Positions 48,670-58,809 of a stretch of 64,000 nt of DNA are shown piece by piece. Every line of letters starts with the position of its first letter. Positions within the stretch are counted from its first letter, which is position 1. The position numbers and the translations under genes are program-made. This DNA is from an uncultured Candidatus Saccharibacteria bacterium (GTDB taxonomy: Bacteria; Patescibacteriota; Doudnabacteria; UBA920): positions 40,174 to 104,173 of the forward strand of contig CAZDIP010000001.1 of NCBI GenBank assembly GCA_964505635.1, in the 5' to 3' direction. The notes beneath the pieces were generated by a model. The model saw only the letters and a program-made list of their open reading frames with translations. It had not been told where the DNA came from and did no database searches.

Positions 48670-48692
48670 AAACCGCTAATTTGGCGGTTTTT
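48670..48692 (+). terminator. Terminator after RT
   Basis: AAACCGCTA-ATT-TGGCGGTTTTT. Confidence 0.6.
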
Positions 48693-48867
48693 GTAATTTA
48701 TTGTATAATTAACCAGTAAAAAGTGAAAAGTCTAGGTAAAATTGAAACAAAAATACCATTAAACATAAATGGGTAAACCCGCCTAAAATATATTTATATC
48801 TATTACAAGTTTTAAAAGTATAAAGGGGTTAAAATGTTAGGAGCTATCAAATTTCAAACAAATATTT

Positions 48868-50082
48868 ATGGCGGGTAAACAAATTTTAAAATTCCCGCAA
48901 GGGTTTTTATGGGGCGCGGCTACCGCGGCTCATCAGGTAGAAGGCAATAACAAAAATTCCGACTGGTGGATTTGGGAATATTCTCTAAGGCGCGCTAACG
49001 GCTTAAAAGCTTTGGGTTTAAATCCTTCCGATTTCCAAAGCGGGATTGCCTGCGACTCCTATAACCGCTATGAGGAAGATTTTTCATTGGCTCAAAAGCT
49101 CGGTCATAATGCGCACCGTTTAAGCATAGAATGGGCAAGAATAGAGCCTAAGGCGGGGATTTACGACGAAGCCGAACTTTCTCATTATGAAAAAGTTTTG
49201 CGGGCAGCCAAGTTTTACGGCCTTGCCACATTCGTAACCCTGCATCATTTTACAAACCCTAAATGGTTTTCTGACCAGGGCGGCTTTACCCGGAGCGAAA
49301 ATCTTATTTTCTATCAAAATTATATTGAGCTAGTCACTAAGAGATTGGGGGAATATGTTGACTTTTGGTTAACTTTTAACGAACCGGAATTGTATGCCAC
49401 GTCCAGCTATTCAGCCAGCCTTCCCAAATATTTTACCCTAAGGGAAAAATGGAAGGTGGTTAATAATTTAATAAAGGCGCACAATAACGCCGCGAATTTC
49501 ATAAGGCATTATATCCGTAAGCCCGTAAGCATGGCCTACCATCTTTCCGACTGGCAGCCCATAGGCCTTTTGGGTTTTTTTGCTTCCAATATAGCGCACT
49601 ATTTTGCCAATGAATTTTTTATAAGCAGAACCATTAAACAATGCGACTTTATAGGAGTAAATTATTATTTCCACCACCACATCGGGCTTTTTGGAACCCG
49701 CAGCCGCAGCCACAGCGGGCATAAAAAAACAGACGTGGGTTTTGGCATCCACCCCGAGGGTTTACAGCGGGTTTTGCTGAATTTAAAGAAACACAACAAA
49801 CCCATATATGTGACCGAGAATGGCTTGGCCGACTCCAAAGACGAAAAAAGAGAAAAGTTTATTGTTGACCATTTGTACTATCTTCATAAGGCAATTGAGC
49901 AGGGCGCTGACGTAAAAGGCTATTTGCATTGGAGCTTAATAGATAATTTTGAATGGGGTTATGGTTTCAAACCCCGTTTTGGGCTTATAGAAATTGACCG
50001 CGAAGACTTGTTAAGGCGCAAGGTGCGTTACAGCGCCGTAAAATATGCCGAAATATGCCGAAAGAATTATTTGGAAATTTAA
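48868..50082 (+). CDS. Glycoside hydrolase family 1 (beta-glucosidase)
   Basis: FLWGAATAAHQVEG, TFNEP, YVTENG, DNFEW. Confidence 0.95.
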   Translation: MAGKQILKFPQGFLWGAATAAHQVEGNNKNSDWWIWEYSLRRANGLKALGLNPSDFQSGIACDSYNRYEEDFSLAQKLGHNAHRLSIEWARIEPKAGIYDEAELSHYEKVLRAAKFYGLATFVTLHHFTNPKWFSDQGGFTRSENLIFYQNYIELVTKRLGEYVDFWLTFNEPELYATSSYSASLPKYFTLREKWKVVNNLIKAHNNAANFIRHYIRKPVSMAYHLSDWQPIGLLGFFASNIAHYFANEFFISRTIKQCDFIGVNYYFHHHIGLFGTRSRSHSGHKKTDVGFGIHPEGLQRVLLNLKKHNKPIYVTENGLADSKDEKREKFIVDHLYYLHKAIEQGADVKGYLHWSLIDNFEWGYGFKPRFGLIEIDREDLLRRKVRYSAVKYAEICRKNYLEI

Positions 50083-50105
50083 AACAGTTTAAATTATAGT
50101 TTGTA

Positions 50106-50990
50106 ATGGTTATTTTTTTAAGCATAATCCAATATTTTGTAGCCGCCGCAGTTGACGTAATGGATAAATTTTTAATTTCCCGAGAAAAAGTCCAGGCCGT
50201 CAACTATACTTTTTTTACTGTGGTGACCGGCGCGGCGCTGCTGGTACTCTGGCCGTGGGTTTATAGTCCTTTGCCGGCTAAATTTATAGCTTTAAATTTA
50301 CTTTCCGGGGTTTTATTTTCCGGAGCCATGTATTTATTTTTTAAGGCTTTGTCGCAGGGCGAGGTCAGCAGGGTAATTCCGTTTATTTTTGGCCTGGTGC
50401 CGGTTTTTGATTTGCTCTTGGCAAAAATATTCGGCCGCGGCCAACCCCAAATGCTGGAAATGGCTGCGATTTTTTTGTTGGTTCCGGGCGCGTTAATAAT
50501 TTCCCATTCTCCAAAAGCGGATTGGGGCAGGCATATTGGACTTAAGCTTTTAAGCGCCGTCAGTTTCAGCCTTTATTTTTTATTTTGGCAATATTCCGCT
50601 CAGGAGGGGCCGGTTTTAAATAACTTGATGTGGAACCGCCTGGGAGCGGCTTTAATACTGCTTGTTTTGTTGCTTGCAAGGCCTTTTAGGCAAAAGGTGT
50701 TTGAAGTTAAGCAGGCTAAAAACAAAAAACAGACCGGTTGGCTTTTTTTGCTTAAGCAAGCCGTAGGCGGGGCTAATTTTATTTTTTACAGCGTGCTTTT
50801 AGCTAAAGGTAAAATTTCGGTCATAAACTCTTTACAGGGTTTTAGGTACGCGTTTGTGTTTTTATTGGCAATTTTTCTAAGCCGCAAATTTAAGAAAATT
50901 TTAAACGAAGAAGTAAGCAAGAAAACAATTAACCAAAAATTATTCGGCCTGTGCTTGATATTTTTTGGAGCTTTAATTTTATTTTTATGA
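50106..50990 (+). CDS. EamA-like membrane transporter
   Basis: Multiple TM segments, GEVSRVIP. Confidence 0.7.
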   Translation: MVIFLSIIQYFVAAAVDVMDKFLISREKVQAVNYTFFTVVTGAALLVLWPWVYSPLPAKFIALNLLSGVLFSGAMYLFFKALSQGEVSRVIPFIFGLVPVFDLLLAKIFGRGQPQMLEMAAIFLLVPGALIISHSPKADWGRHIGLKLLSAVSFSLYFLFWQYSAQEGPVLNNLMWNRLGAALILLVLLLARPFRQKVFEVKQAKNKKQTGWLFLLKQAVGGANFIFYSVLLAKGKISVINSLQGFRYAFVFLLAIFLSRKFKKILNEEVSKKTINQKLFGLCLIFFGALILFL

Positions 50991-51976
50991 AGAAAAGATA
51001 TAAAGTTTTGTTTTTTTTAGCCGTGCTCGTATTGTTGGGATTTTTACTTTCTTTAAACGCCGGCAAAAAACCCAAAAAATTTGAATACGGGGCGACCTTT
51101 AGCCCGGCTTATGCGCAAAGTTTAGGACTTGACTGGAAACAGGTTTATACCTTGGCTCTCTCAGACCTTGGCGTGAAAAGATTAAGAATTTCGGCTTACT
51201 GGAATCAGGTAGAAAAAAGCAAAGGACAGTATGATTTTACTGATTTAGACTATCAGGTTAAAGAGGCAGAGCGGTATAATGCAAAATTAGTTCTCGCGGT
51301 CGGAAGGCGATTGCCTCGCTGGCCGGAATGCCATGACCCCGAGTGGCTTAAAGATTTGGATATAAAAGAACAGCAAAATAGCCAATTAGCATATGTTGAA
51401 GCGGTCATTTTAAGATATATGGCTTCCCCGGCGGTAGAAATTTGGCAAGTGGAAAACGAGCCTTTTTTATCGTCGTTCGGCGAATGTCCTGACTTGGATG
51501 TAAAATTTTTTGACACGGAAATCGCGCTGGTTAAAAAATTTGACCCCTCCAGGCCTGTTTTAATTTCCGACAGCGGCGAACTTTCTTTGTGGCTTAGTTC
51601 CGGCAAGCGGGGAGATATGTTTGGTACGACTCTTTACCGCTATGTTTTTTCCGACGTTTTTGACCGTTATTGGGTAAACTATATACCTTTTTGGTTTTAC
51701 CGTGTTAAAGGCGGATTTTTAAGGCTTTTGAATCCAAATAAACCGCTTGTTATAATTGAATTGCAGGCAGAACCCTGGACTACCAAGGGTATAACCCAAA
51801 CTCCCATAGATGAGCAGTTTAAAACCATGAGTATTCAAAAATTTGAAAGTATTTTGGGTGTGGCTAGGGCTACCGGATTTAACCCGCAGTATTTGTGGGG
51901 CATTGAATGGTGGTATTGGATGAAGCAGCAAGGTTACCCGGAATTTTGGGAAAAATTTAGAAAATTAAATAATTAG
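50987..51976 (+). CDS. Membrane-anchored clan GH-A glycoside hydrolase
   Basis: RISAYWNQVE..G.YDF, WQVENEP, IELQAEPW. Confidence 0.8.
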   Translation: MKKRYKVLFFLAVLVLLGFLLSLNAGKKPKKFEYGATFSPAYAQSLGLDWKQVYTLALSDLGVKRLRISAYWNQVEKSKGQYDFTDLDYQVKEAERYNAKLVLAVGRRLPRWPECHDPEWLKDLDIKEQQNSQLAYVEAVILRYMASPAVEIWQVENEPFLSSFGECPDLDVKFFDTEIALVKKFDPSRPVLISDSGELSLWLSSGKRGDMFGTTLYRYVFSDVFDRYWVNYIPFWFYRVKGGFLRLLNPNKPLVIIELQAEPWTTKGITQTPIDEQFKTMSIQKFESILGVARATGFNPQYLWGIEWWYWMKQQGYPEFWEKFRKLNN

Positions 51977-52004
51977 GCTAATAGTTTATTATTAAGCGCC
52001 TGCT

Positions 52005-52778
52005 ATGAATATTATTGGTTTGGATATAGGTGGGACTAAAATCACGGCCTTAAGATTAATGCAAGGAAGGCCGGTAAAAGTTTTAACAATTTTAACCCCG
52101 AAAAATTTAACCGATTTTAAAGCGGCTGTTTTAAGTCTGGTTAACGAGCTTTCTGAAAACAAGTCATACGTTTTAGGTATTGGGGCGGCGGGATTGGTTG
52201 ACCGCAAAAAAAAGATTCTCTTACATTCACCCAACCTTAAATTTATTAAAAATTTGCACTTTCAAAAACTTTTCTCAAAAACAAAGACTCTGAAACTTGA
52301 CAACGATGCCAACTGTTTTGCCCGGGCGGAAGCCGCCTTGGGTCAGGGAAGGAGTTTTCATAATTTTGCGGGATTGACTTTGGGTACCGGAATTGGCGGC
52401 GGATTAGTTTTAAATAAAGAAGTTTACACTGGCGCGCATGGCTGGGCGGGTGAGCCGGGGGGTATGTTGCTTGGTTTGAACATAAAATTGGAACAGGCTT
52501 ACCAACAAGCAAAAAATAGTTCCGATTACAAAAAGCTGGCTCAAGTTGTCGGCATCCTTCTGGTTAATGTCTGCAAATTGTTTGACCCCGAAGCTGTAAT
52601 TTTAGGCGGGGGAATTGCGCAAAATATTCATGGTAAATTTTTGCCGCAGGCTTTAAAAATATTTAACAGCCGCTACTCAAGCCGTAGTTTAAAAAAGTTT
52701 AAAATTATTGTTTCAAAATTAAAAAATGCCGGCGCGTTAGGCGCGGCATTAATGTGTCAACAGAAACAGAAAGAGTAA
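52005..52778 (+). CDS. ROK family sugar kinase
   Basis: GLDIGGTKI, DNDANC, TLGTGIGGG. Confidence 0.92.
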   Translation: MNIIGLDIGGTKITALRLMQGRPVKVLTILTPKNLTDFKAAVLSLVNELSENKSYVLGIGAAGLVDRKKKILLHSPNLKFIKNLHFQKLFSKTKTLKLDNDANCFARAEAALGQGRSFHNFAGLTLGTGIGGGLVLNKEVYTGAHGWAGEPGGMLLGLNIKLEQAYQQAKNSSDYKKLAQVVGILLVNVCKLFDPEAVILGGGIAQNIHGKFLPQALKIFNSRYSSRSLKKFKIIVSKLKNAGALGAALMCQQKQKE

Positions 52779-52785
52779 AAGTTTT

Positions 52786-52908
52786 ATGAAAAAAATTTTT
52801 TTAATTTTTATGTCCGCGGCTTTGCTTTCGGCAGGCTGCGCCAAAATTACTTTAAAACAGGAAGTACCCTCAAGCCCCAGGGAATCCTACGAACAGCTGC
52901 CCAGGTAA
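52786..52908 (+). CDS. Small putative lipoprotein (40 aa)
   Basis: Manual translation MKKIFLIFMSAALLSAGCAKI...; lipobox LSAGC. Confidence 0.55.
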   Translation: MKKIFLIFMSAALLSAGCAKITLKQEVPSSPRESYEQLPR

Positions 52909-52946
52909 ATTAAGGAAAAAAATTAATTTATTTCCGCCGTTTTTTG

Positions 52947-53579
52947 CTAAGGGTTTGCTTCTAGACCGCTGTTAAACTTTTCGGCTGGCCCGTTTTGAAG
53001 CTTTGTGTCAACTTTTTGTGGATTTTCTTCGGAAGAAGCTAAACTAGGCGAGGCAGCCGGCAATTTTATTTGAGAAACCAGTTTTTCAAATTCCGGCAAA
53101 TCTTTAAACCCGTTTAATCCCAGATGCTGCAAAAATTCCGTCGTTGTCCTGTACAAGGCGCTTCTTTGGTCGTCCGGATTGTGTATTTTTTCTATCAACC
53201 CCCTCATAAGCAGGGCTCGCAGGCTGTATTGGGAATTAACTCCCCTTATGGCCTCAATTTCCGCTTTGGAAATTGGCTGTCTGTAAGTTATGATTGCTAA
53301 AACTTCAACTGTGGCATCGGTTAGCTTTTCCCTCAACTCCGAGTTTAAAAAGTTTTTTACGAGCGAGGAATTTTCGCTGTTGGTGGCAAATTGGTATTCA
53401 CCCTGGTTATTTAAAAGAACAACCCCTGAGTTTTTACGAGAATTCTCGAGATTTTCCAAAGCCTGTAAAATTTCTGTTTCGGGCCGTTCTAAAATTTTAA
53501 CAAGTTCCTTAAGCTTGAGCGGCTTTTCGGAAACAAATAAAATACTTTCCAGGGCTGAGATTAAGTTTGATAGTTCCAT
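52947..53579 (-). CDS. scpB: SMC-Scp complex subunit ScpB
   Basis: LESILF, EVLAIITYRQPI..IEAIRGVNS, YRTTTEFL. Confidence 0.95.
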   Translation of the reverse strand: MELSNLISALESILFVSEKPLKLKELVKILERPETEILQALENLENSRKNSGVVLLNNQGEYQFATNSENSSLVKNFLNSELREKLTDATVEVLAIITYRQPISKAEIEAIRGVNSQYSLRALLMRGLIEKIHNPDDQRSALYRTTTEFLQHLGLNGFKDLPEFEKLVSQIKLPAASPSLASSEENPQKVDTKLQNGPAEKFNSGLEANP

Positions 53580-53797
53580 AATAAAAATAATCCTAAGCTT
53601 ATTAAAATTAAACTATAAAAAATTATAGTGGTTTTTCTGCCCAATGCCGGCCTATAGCCTTTGGCCGAAGGCGGCAGCTTAATAAAGCCTTTTTCAACCA
53701 AAAAACCCAAAGTGCGTTCATATATAAAATCTACAGCTAAACTCCCGTACAGAAAACCTACTATAATAAAAGTCAATCCAATTGAAAATTTGCTCAT
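53561..53797 (-). CDS. Small membrane protein
   Basis: 78 aa, two TM, between scpA and scpB. Confidence 0.6.
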   Translation of the reverse strand: MSKFSIGLTFIIVGFLYGSLAVDFIYERTLGFLVEKGFIKLPPSAKGYRPALGRKTTIIFYSLILISLGLFLLWNYQT

Positions 53798-53798
53798 T

Positions 53799-54512
53799 TT
53801 AAGCTCCTTGATCCGGATGCTTTATGATTGTGACGTCGGCAAACAAAGCTTCCTGGTTGGCGACAAAAATTTTCTGCTTGATTAATTCCAGCAAGGCTAA
53901 AAAGGTTACAATAACTTCAGTTTTATTTTTCGCGCTTTGTAAAAGTTCGTTTAAGCTTGTTTGGACGCGGCCTGACAAGTGCTCCCTTAAATGGTCAATT
54001 TTTTCTTGGATAGAAATAGCTTCTTTAACTTTGGCTTTGGGCAAATTATCTAATTCTTTTAACCCAAATAAAACTTTTAAAATAGCCGCGTGGATCTCCT
54101 TGGCGCTTACTGAATTGTCGGGAAAAAAATTAATACGCTGTTCAAAAGTTAATGCTCGCGTGAAGCTTTGGCTTCTTTTAGCATCCAAAACTTTTAAATA
54201 TTTAGAAACTTCCTTAAATTGCCTGTATAAAAGCAACATGCTTTCTAGGTCCTGAGCCGAATCTTCCTCTTCTTTTTCCAGTTCCAAAGTGGGTAAAATA
54301 GCCTTAGATTTAATAACCAAAAGTTTGGCGGCAATGGCTAAATAATCAGCCAGCACCGTCGGGTCAATTTTTTCAAGCTCCTTTAAATATTTTAGAAATT
54401 GTTCGGTAACCTCGGCCAGGGCGATTTGGGTAATATCTAAATGCCGCTGTTCTATTAAAGAAAGCAGTAAATCAAGCGGTCCTTCGAACTGTGAGATTTT
54501 GACTTTTTGCAT
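53799..54512 (-). CDS. scpA: Segregation and condensation protein ScpA
   Basis: FEGPLDLLL, VTFLALLEL. Confidence 0.95.
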   Translation of the reverse strand: MQKVKISQFEGPLDLLLSLIEQRHLDITQIALAEVTEQFLKYLKELEKIDPTVLADYLAIAAKLLVIKSKAILPTLELEKEEEDSAQDLESMLLLYRQFKEVSKYLKVLDAKRSQSFTRALTFEQRINFFPDNSVSAKEIHAAILKVLFGLKELDNLPKAKVKEAISIQEKIDHLREHLSGRVQTSLNELLQSAKNKTEVIVTFLALLELIKQKIFVANQEALFADVTIIKHPDQGA

Positions 54513-54618
54513 TAAGCGAGCTAATGAAGCTTATAGGACTAATAATGCAGATATGACCTATATGTCATAAAAACAAATAGCATGTATAAGACCTGTAAGA
54601 CTTATTAGGTTCATAAAG

Positions 54619-55230
54619 TTACTTTTTTGCTTTACTAAAAGCCCCTTTAATCGGTTTTACCAACTTTTCAAAATCTTTAACAGCCAATTCCACGCTGTGG
54701 GTATAGGTTCCGGCGGAGGCTATTATTTTCTTCGCCTTGCTCATTCCTTTGTCCATCAGCGTCTGTAAATTGTAATGAATCCCGAATGGGTGAAGCAGGC
54801 CGACTTTGGTTTTTAGGTGTTTAGTTATGTCTTTTTCACTGGCCATGCTGACTTTTTTTGCTTTTAAAGCTTTTTTAATACCGTTGAAATCAACGTATTT
54901 GGCAGCCGGCAGGACAATTAGCGCAAAATAGTTATTTTTCGTCATTGCGAGTGCAGCCGAAGCAATCTTTTTCCGCGGTGAGATTGTTTTGTCGGATGCG
55001 CTCCTCGCAATGACAGCAGACGGGGAACCCTCCACTTTGACTAATACCACTTTCGCGATTTCGGAAAGTTTTTTCTTGGTTGTCGCGCCTACGTCATGCG
55101 CTGTAAAAACCACTTTATGCTCCAAGACTTTGTATTTAACCTTAGCCTGGTCTAACAATTTGGTTATCTGGTTTGAAAGGTGTTTTATTTGCTTTTTTGT
55201 TTTGTTATTAAATTTATGTTTCTTTTTCAT
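54619..55230 (-). CDS. YbaK/aminoacyl-tRNA editing domain protein with in-frame REP insertion
   Basis: H..VFTA..IAKVVLVK..VG..HPFG..AGT. Confidence 0.85.
   Translation of the reverse strand: MKKKHKFNNKTKKQIKHLSNQITKLLDQAKVKYKVLEHKVVFTAHDVGATTKKKLSEIAKVVLVKVEGSPSAVIARSASDKTISPRKKIASAALAMTKNNYFALIVLPAAKYVDFNGIKKALKAKKVSMASEKDITKHLKTKVGLLHPFGIHYNLQTLMDKGMSKAKKIIASAGTYTHSVELAVKDFEKLVKPIKGAFSKAKK
54941..55014 (-). repeat. REP/RPE-like palindromic element in ybaK-like gene
   Basis: GTCATTGCGAG...CTCGCAATGAC ends; homologous to 14828-14904. Confidence 0.85.
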
Positions 55231-55433
55231 AACATTTTGAGTTAAGAAGCTTTTTTTCCGGCTAGCATGTCTTCCAGCTGTTTTATATCTTTTTCCAACC
55301 CTTCAATTATAGCCGGGTTTTCTGGGTCGCTCCCCGGATTTGATCGCAAATCTTCTATTTGCTTTTTGTGGCCTGATATGGCTTTTTCTAATTCTTCAAT
55401 AGAAGCATGTTTCCAAGCCTCGGGATTAATTTG

Positions 55434-57284
55434 CTATTTATTTTTTTCCACAGGTAGATTCAACTTAATATGCAACTCCTTTAGTTGTTTTTCTTCTACA
55501 GTGCCTGGGGCTGACATCATTACGTCTTCGGCCGAACCGTTTTTAGGAAAAGCGATTACTTCACGGATGTTTGGCTCGTTTTCAAGAAGCATTAAAAGCC
55601 TGTCTATGCCAGGAGCAAAACCACCATGTGGGGGAGCGCCATATTCAAATGCGCGAATCATAGCTCCAAATTTTTCATCTACAGTTTCTTTACTGTATCC
55701 GACTAATTCAAATGCTTTATACATTATTTCCGGATTATAGTTTCTAATTGCCCCACTGGAGAGCTCTAGCCCATTAGCAATAATGTCGTATTGGTAGGCG
55801 CGAATGGTAAGGGGGTCCTGGTTGTTTAAAGCATCTAGCCCACCTTGCGGCATTGAAAATGGATTATGCATAAAGTCGAGTTTTCCTTCTTTGTTAAGCT
55901 CATACATAGGAAAGTCGGTAATCCACGCCCAGGCTACAATAGTAGGATCCTTAAGTCCAAATATGTCGCCCATTTTGTCTCTTAGCTTTCCTAATACTTT
56001 GTTTACGAGCGTTTTATCATCCGCGCCAAAGAAAATAATGTCACCGGATTGGGCTTTAAGTTTGTCAATTAGCGCTTTCTTTTCTGCGTCAGAAAATTTG
56101 TTTACTATTGTGCCTGATAAATCACTAATATCGACTGTTTCTAAAGAATGGCCGCTTGATGACATTCCTTTTCCAGCAAATAAGTGCTCTTTTTTTCCAC
56201 ATATTACATATGGTAATCCACCAGCACCTTCTTTTTTTACCATTTCTGTTAATTCATCAATCTGGCTTCGGGTAAGTTTGGCGCCTCCTTGCACGCAAAT
56301 GGCTTTTACAGAGCCGCTATTTTCTATAGCATTGTAAAAAATTTTAAATTCGGTTCCTCTAAAAATATCTGTTAAATCCACCAGCTTCATTTCAAACCTT
56401 AAGTCTGGTCTGTCAGAACCATATTCCTCTAAAGCCTGTAAATAGGGGATTCGTGGAAATGGTTTTTGCATGCATTTTTTGCCTGCAAATTTTTCTGTTA
56501 GTTCTATAAATAAAGGTTCTAGTTCCTGGAAAACTGTTTCGTCACGGTCTGCAAAACTAATTTCAAGGTCTAACTGATAAAATTCGCCAGGAGATCTGTC
56601 GGCTCTCGGGTCTTCGTCACGGAAACATGGGGCTATTTGAAAATATTTTGGAACTCCGCCAACCATTAATAATTGTTTAAATTGCTGGGGAGCTTGTGGA
56701 AGCGCGTAAAATTTACCCGGATGTAAACGGGACGGCACTAAAAAGTCGCGAGCGCCTTCAGGCGAGCTGGAAGTTAGAATTGGAGTGTTTATTTCTATAA
56801 ATCCTTTGTCATCCATCCAGTCGCGGATGTATTTTATCATTTTATGCCTCTTAAGAAGCATGCGCTGCATTTTTTCACGTCGTAAATCTAAGAAACGGTA
56901 TTTAAGGCGAATATCCTCGCCAATGCTTGCTTCTTCACCGTGGCCGTGGGCTATGGGAAAGGGAAGGGGCTTGGAAGAGTTTAAAAGTTGTAAGTTGTAA
57001 GTTGTAAGTTCTACGTTGCCGGTGGGTAAGTTAGGATTTTTTGTGGAATCGCTTCGTTCAACAACTTGGCCGGTGACCGTAATTACAAATTCATCCCTGC
57101 ATTTATCGGCAGCGCTAAAAGCCTCAGCCTGATCGGGGTGGATTGCTAGTTGGACTATGCCGGTGTGGTCGCGGAGGTCAATAAAAATCACGCCGCCATG
57201 GTCGCGTCGTGAATTAACCCAGCCGGACAAACTGACGGTTTGACCAATGCTTTGGGGTGTATGGATTGCTAGTGTTCTTTGCAT
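55434..57284 (-). CDS. aspS: Aspartate--tRNA ligase
   Basis: [42 protein letters not shown]; likely start MQRT at 57284. Confidence 0.97.
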   Translation of the reverse strand: MQRTLAIHTPQSIGQTVSLSGWVNSRRDHGGVIFIDLRDHTGIVQLAIHPDQAEAFSAADKCRDEFVITVTGQVVERSDSTKNPNLPTGNVELTTYNLQLLNSSKPLPFPIAHGHGEEASIGEDIRLKYRFLDLRREKMQRMLLKRHKMIKYIRDWMDDKGFIEINTPILTSSSPEGARDFLVPSRLHPGKFYALPQAPQQFKQLLMVGGVPKYFQIAPCFRDEDPRADRSPGEFYQLDLEISFADRDETVFQELEPLFIELTEKFAGKKCMQKPFPRIPYLQALEEYGSDRPDLRFEMKLVDLTDIFRGTEFKIFYNAIENSGSVKAICVQGGAKLTRSQIDELTEMVKKEGAGGLPYVICGKKEHLFAGKGMSSSGHSLETVDISDLSGTIVNKFSDAEKKALIDKLKAQSGDIIFFGADDKTLVNKVLGKLRDKMGDIFGLKDPTIVAWAWITDFPMYELNKEGKLDFMHNPFSMPQGGLDALNNQDPLTIRAYQYDIIANGLELSSGAIRNYNPEIMYKAFELVGYSKETVDEKFGAMIRAFEYGAPPHGGFAPGIDRLLMLLENEPNIREVIAFPKNGSAEDVMMSAPGTVEEKQLKELHIKLNLPVEKNK

Positions 57285-57884
57285 ATGTTTGATGCTGTAT
57301 TTCCCGGTCAAATAATATAAATTTGACGGGATAAATCCGATAGACAATCGGCACAGCAGTTATTAATTGTGTTTGAATTTTAACACTTTTTGCCACTTTT
57401 GCCAAGGAGATGTTAAACTTTGTTTATGAACGACTTTTGTCGTTTACGTGTAGCTTTTGCGGCAGTAACGTCGTTGGGGCGACCAGCTTTGCAAACGGTA
57501 ACGCATGTTGCCACGCCACTCTCGGTTCGCCTTCAAAACAACGGTATTGTTGGGTTCCGGATACCCGGAACCCTTACGCAGGTAATTCCTTTTAACCCCG
57601 CCCTGGGGCGGAACAGTTCAACTTCTACAAGGAGAGGGAAATGTCAGATTTTCGCAAGCTGTTGATTAGCCTGTTGCAGGGCTTTTGAACAAAGGAGGAA
57701 GGTCAAGGGACTTTGGTAATGTTCTTCGCATCATGAACTAGTAAGTGAAAACCAATTTTCGCATGCGTAGTCTGCGGAGGTTGGAATTCAGACTCTAGTT
57801 TTCGGCCCGCCGCCCCAAGCCGGCCTACCACGCGAGCGATACGCTGCGATGTTTGAATTACAGTATACGCAACTTCGTAGCGTC

Positions 57885-57918
57885 CCCCCGACTATCTTGG
57901 GTAAGTCGGGGTTTTTAT
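57885..57918 (+). terminator. Terminator-like hairpin
   Basis: CCCCGACT-ATCTTGGGTA-AGTCGGGG-TTTTT. Confidence 0.6.
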
Positions 57919-58180
57919 TGTGCCTTTTTGGCTACAAAAAATAAATCTGATACACTAAGCTACAGAAGAAGCCTATATACCACTACATAAAACTATAAAA
58001 ATTAAGAAACAAACTTTTGCTGGATTTTGTAGTTTTATGTAGATTTGCATAATTAGTAATTCTGTAGAAATAAAATGACATTAAAAAAATAGTTTTAGAT
58101 TTAGAAACCCATCCATCTTCGCCAAGGCTTCGATGGACTTAGGCGCTATACAAAATATAAAATTAATTTTGTAACATAAA

Positions 58181-58759
58181 ATGTTGAAAAAAATAGTTTT
58201 AGATCTTGAAACCCAGAAGTCTTTTCAGGAAGTCGGGGGGCGGGGAAAAAACAATGTTTTAAAAATCAGCGTTTGTGGAATTTATGATTTTAGCACAGAT
58301 AAGTATTCTATTTATGAAGAATATGAAATTCCCAAACTTAGTTCGCTTTTGCAAACCGCGGATCAAATAATCGGTTTTAACATTAAAGACTTTGACTTTG
58401 AAGTACTGCAGCCATATTTGAATTTTCAGGTTTCCCAAACCCCGTATTTGGATTTGCTAGAGGAAATAGAAAAAACTTTGGGGCACAGAATTAAACTGGA
58501 AGATGTGGCTCAGGGAACTTTAGGCAAGGGTAAAAGCGGGACAGGCCTGGAAGCGATTATGTATTATAAAAACGGGCGCATGGATTTGCTAAAAAAGTAC
58601 TGCCTGGACGATGTTAAGGTTACCAAGCAAATTTACGATTACGCCTTAAAAAATCAAAAAGTGCTTTACAGGGATTTTTTTAAGACCAAAGAAATTGCTT
58701 TAAAAATCAGCGAGCCCAAAGCCCGAGTGGGGGTATTGCACCAGGCAGCGCTTTTTTAG
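58181..58759 (+). CDS. RNase H-like / DEDD-type exonuclease domain protein
   Basis: VLDLET, GFNIKDFD, YCLDDV. Confidence 0.85.
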   Translation: MLKKIVLDLETQKSFQEVGGRGKNNVLKISVCGIYDFSTDKYSIYEEYEIPKLSSLLQTADQIIGFNIKDFDFEVLQPYLNFQVSQTPYLDLLEEIEKTLGHRIKLEDVAQGTLGKGKSGTGLEAIMYYKNGRMDLLKKYCLDDVKVTKQIYDYALKNQKVLYRDFFKTKEIALKISEPKARVGVLHQAALF

Positions 58760-58809
58760 GTATTAGGCACTAGGTATTAGGTATTAGGCGAAAGCCTTTT
58801 ATTTGCTGC

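Noticed and set aside
47008-48692. RT as part of an intact group II intron
   Set aside because: No GTGCG 5' end and no domain V/VI after the stop; the leader has its own promoter and the unit ends in a terminator
57695-57830. RNase P RNA (GAGGAAGGTC ... GCCGGCCTA resemble P4 strands)
   Set aside because: Spacing of about 130 nt is too short and other conserved regions are missing
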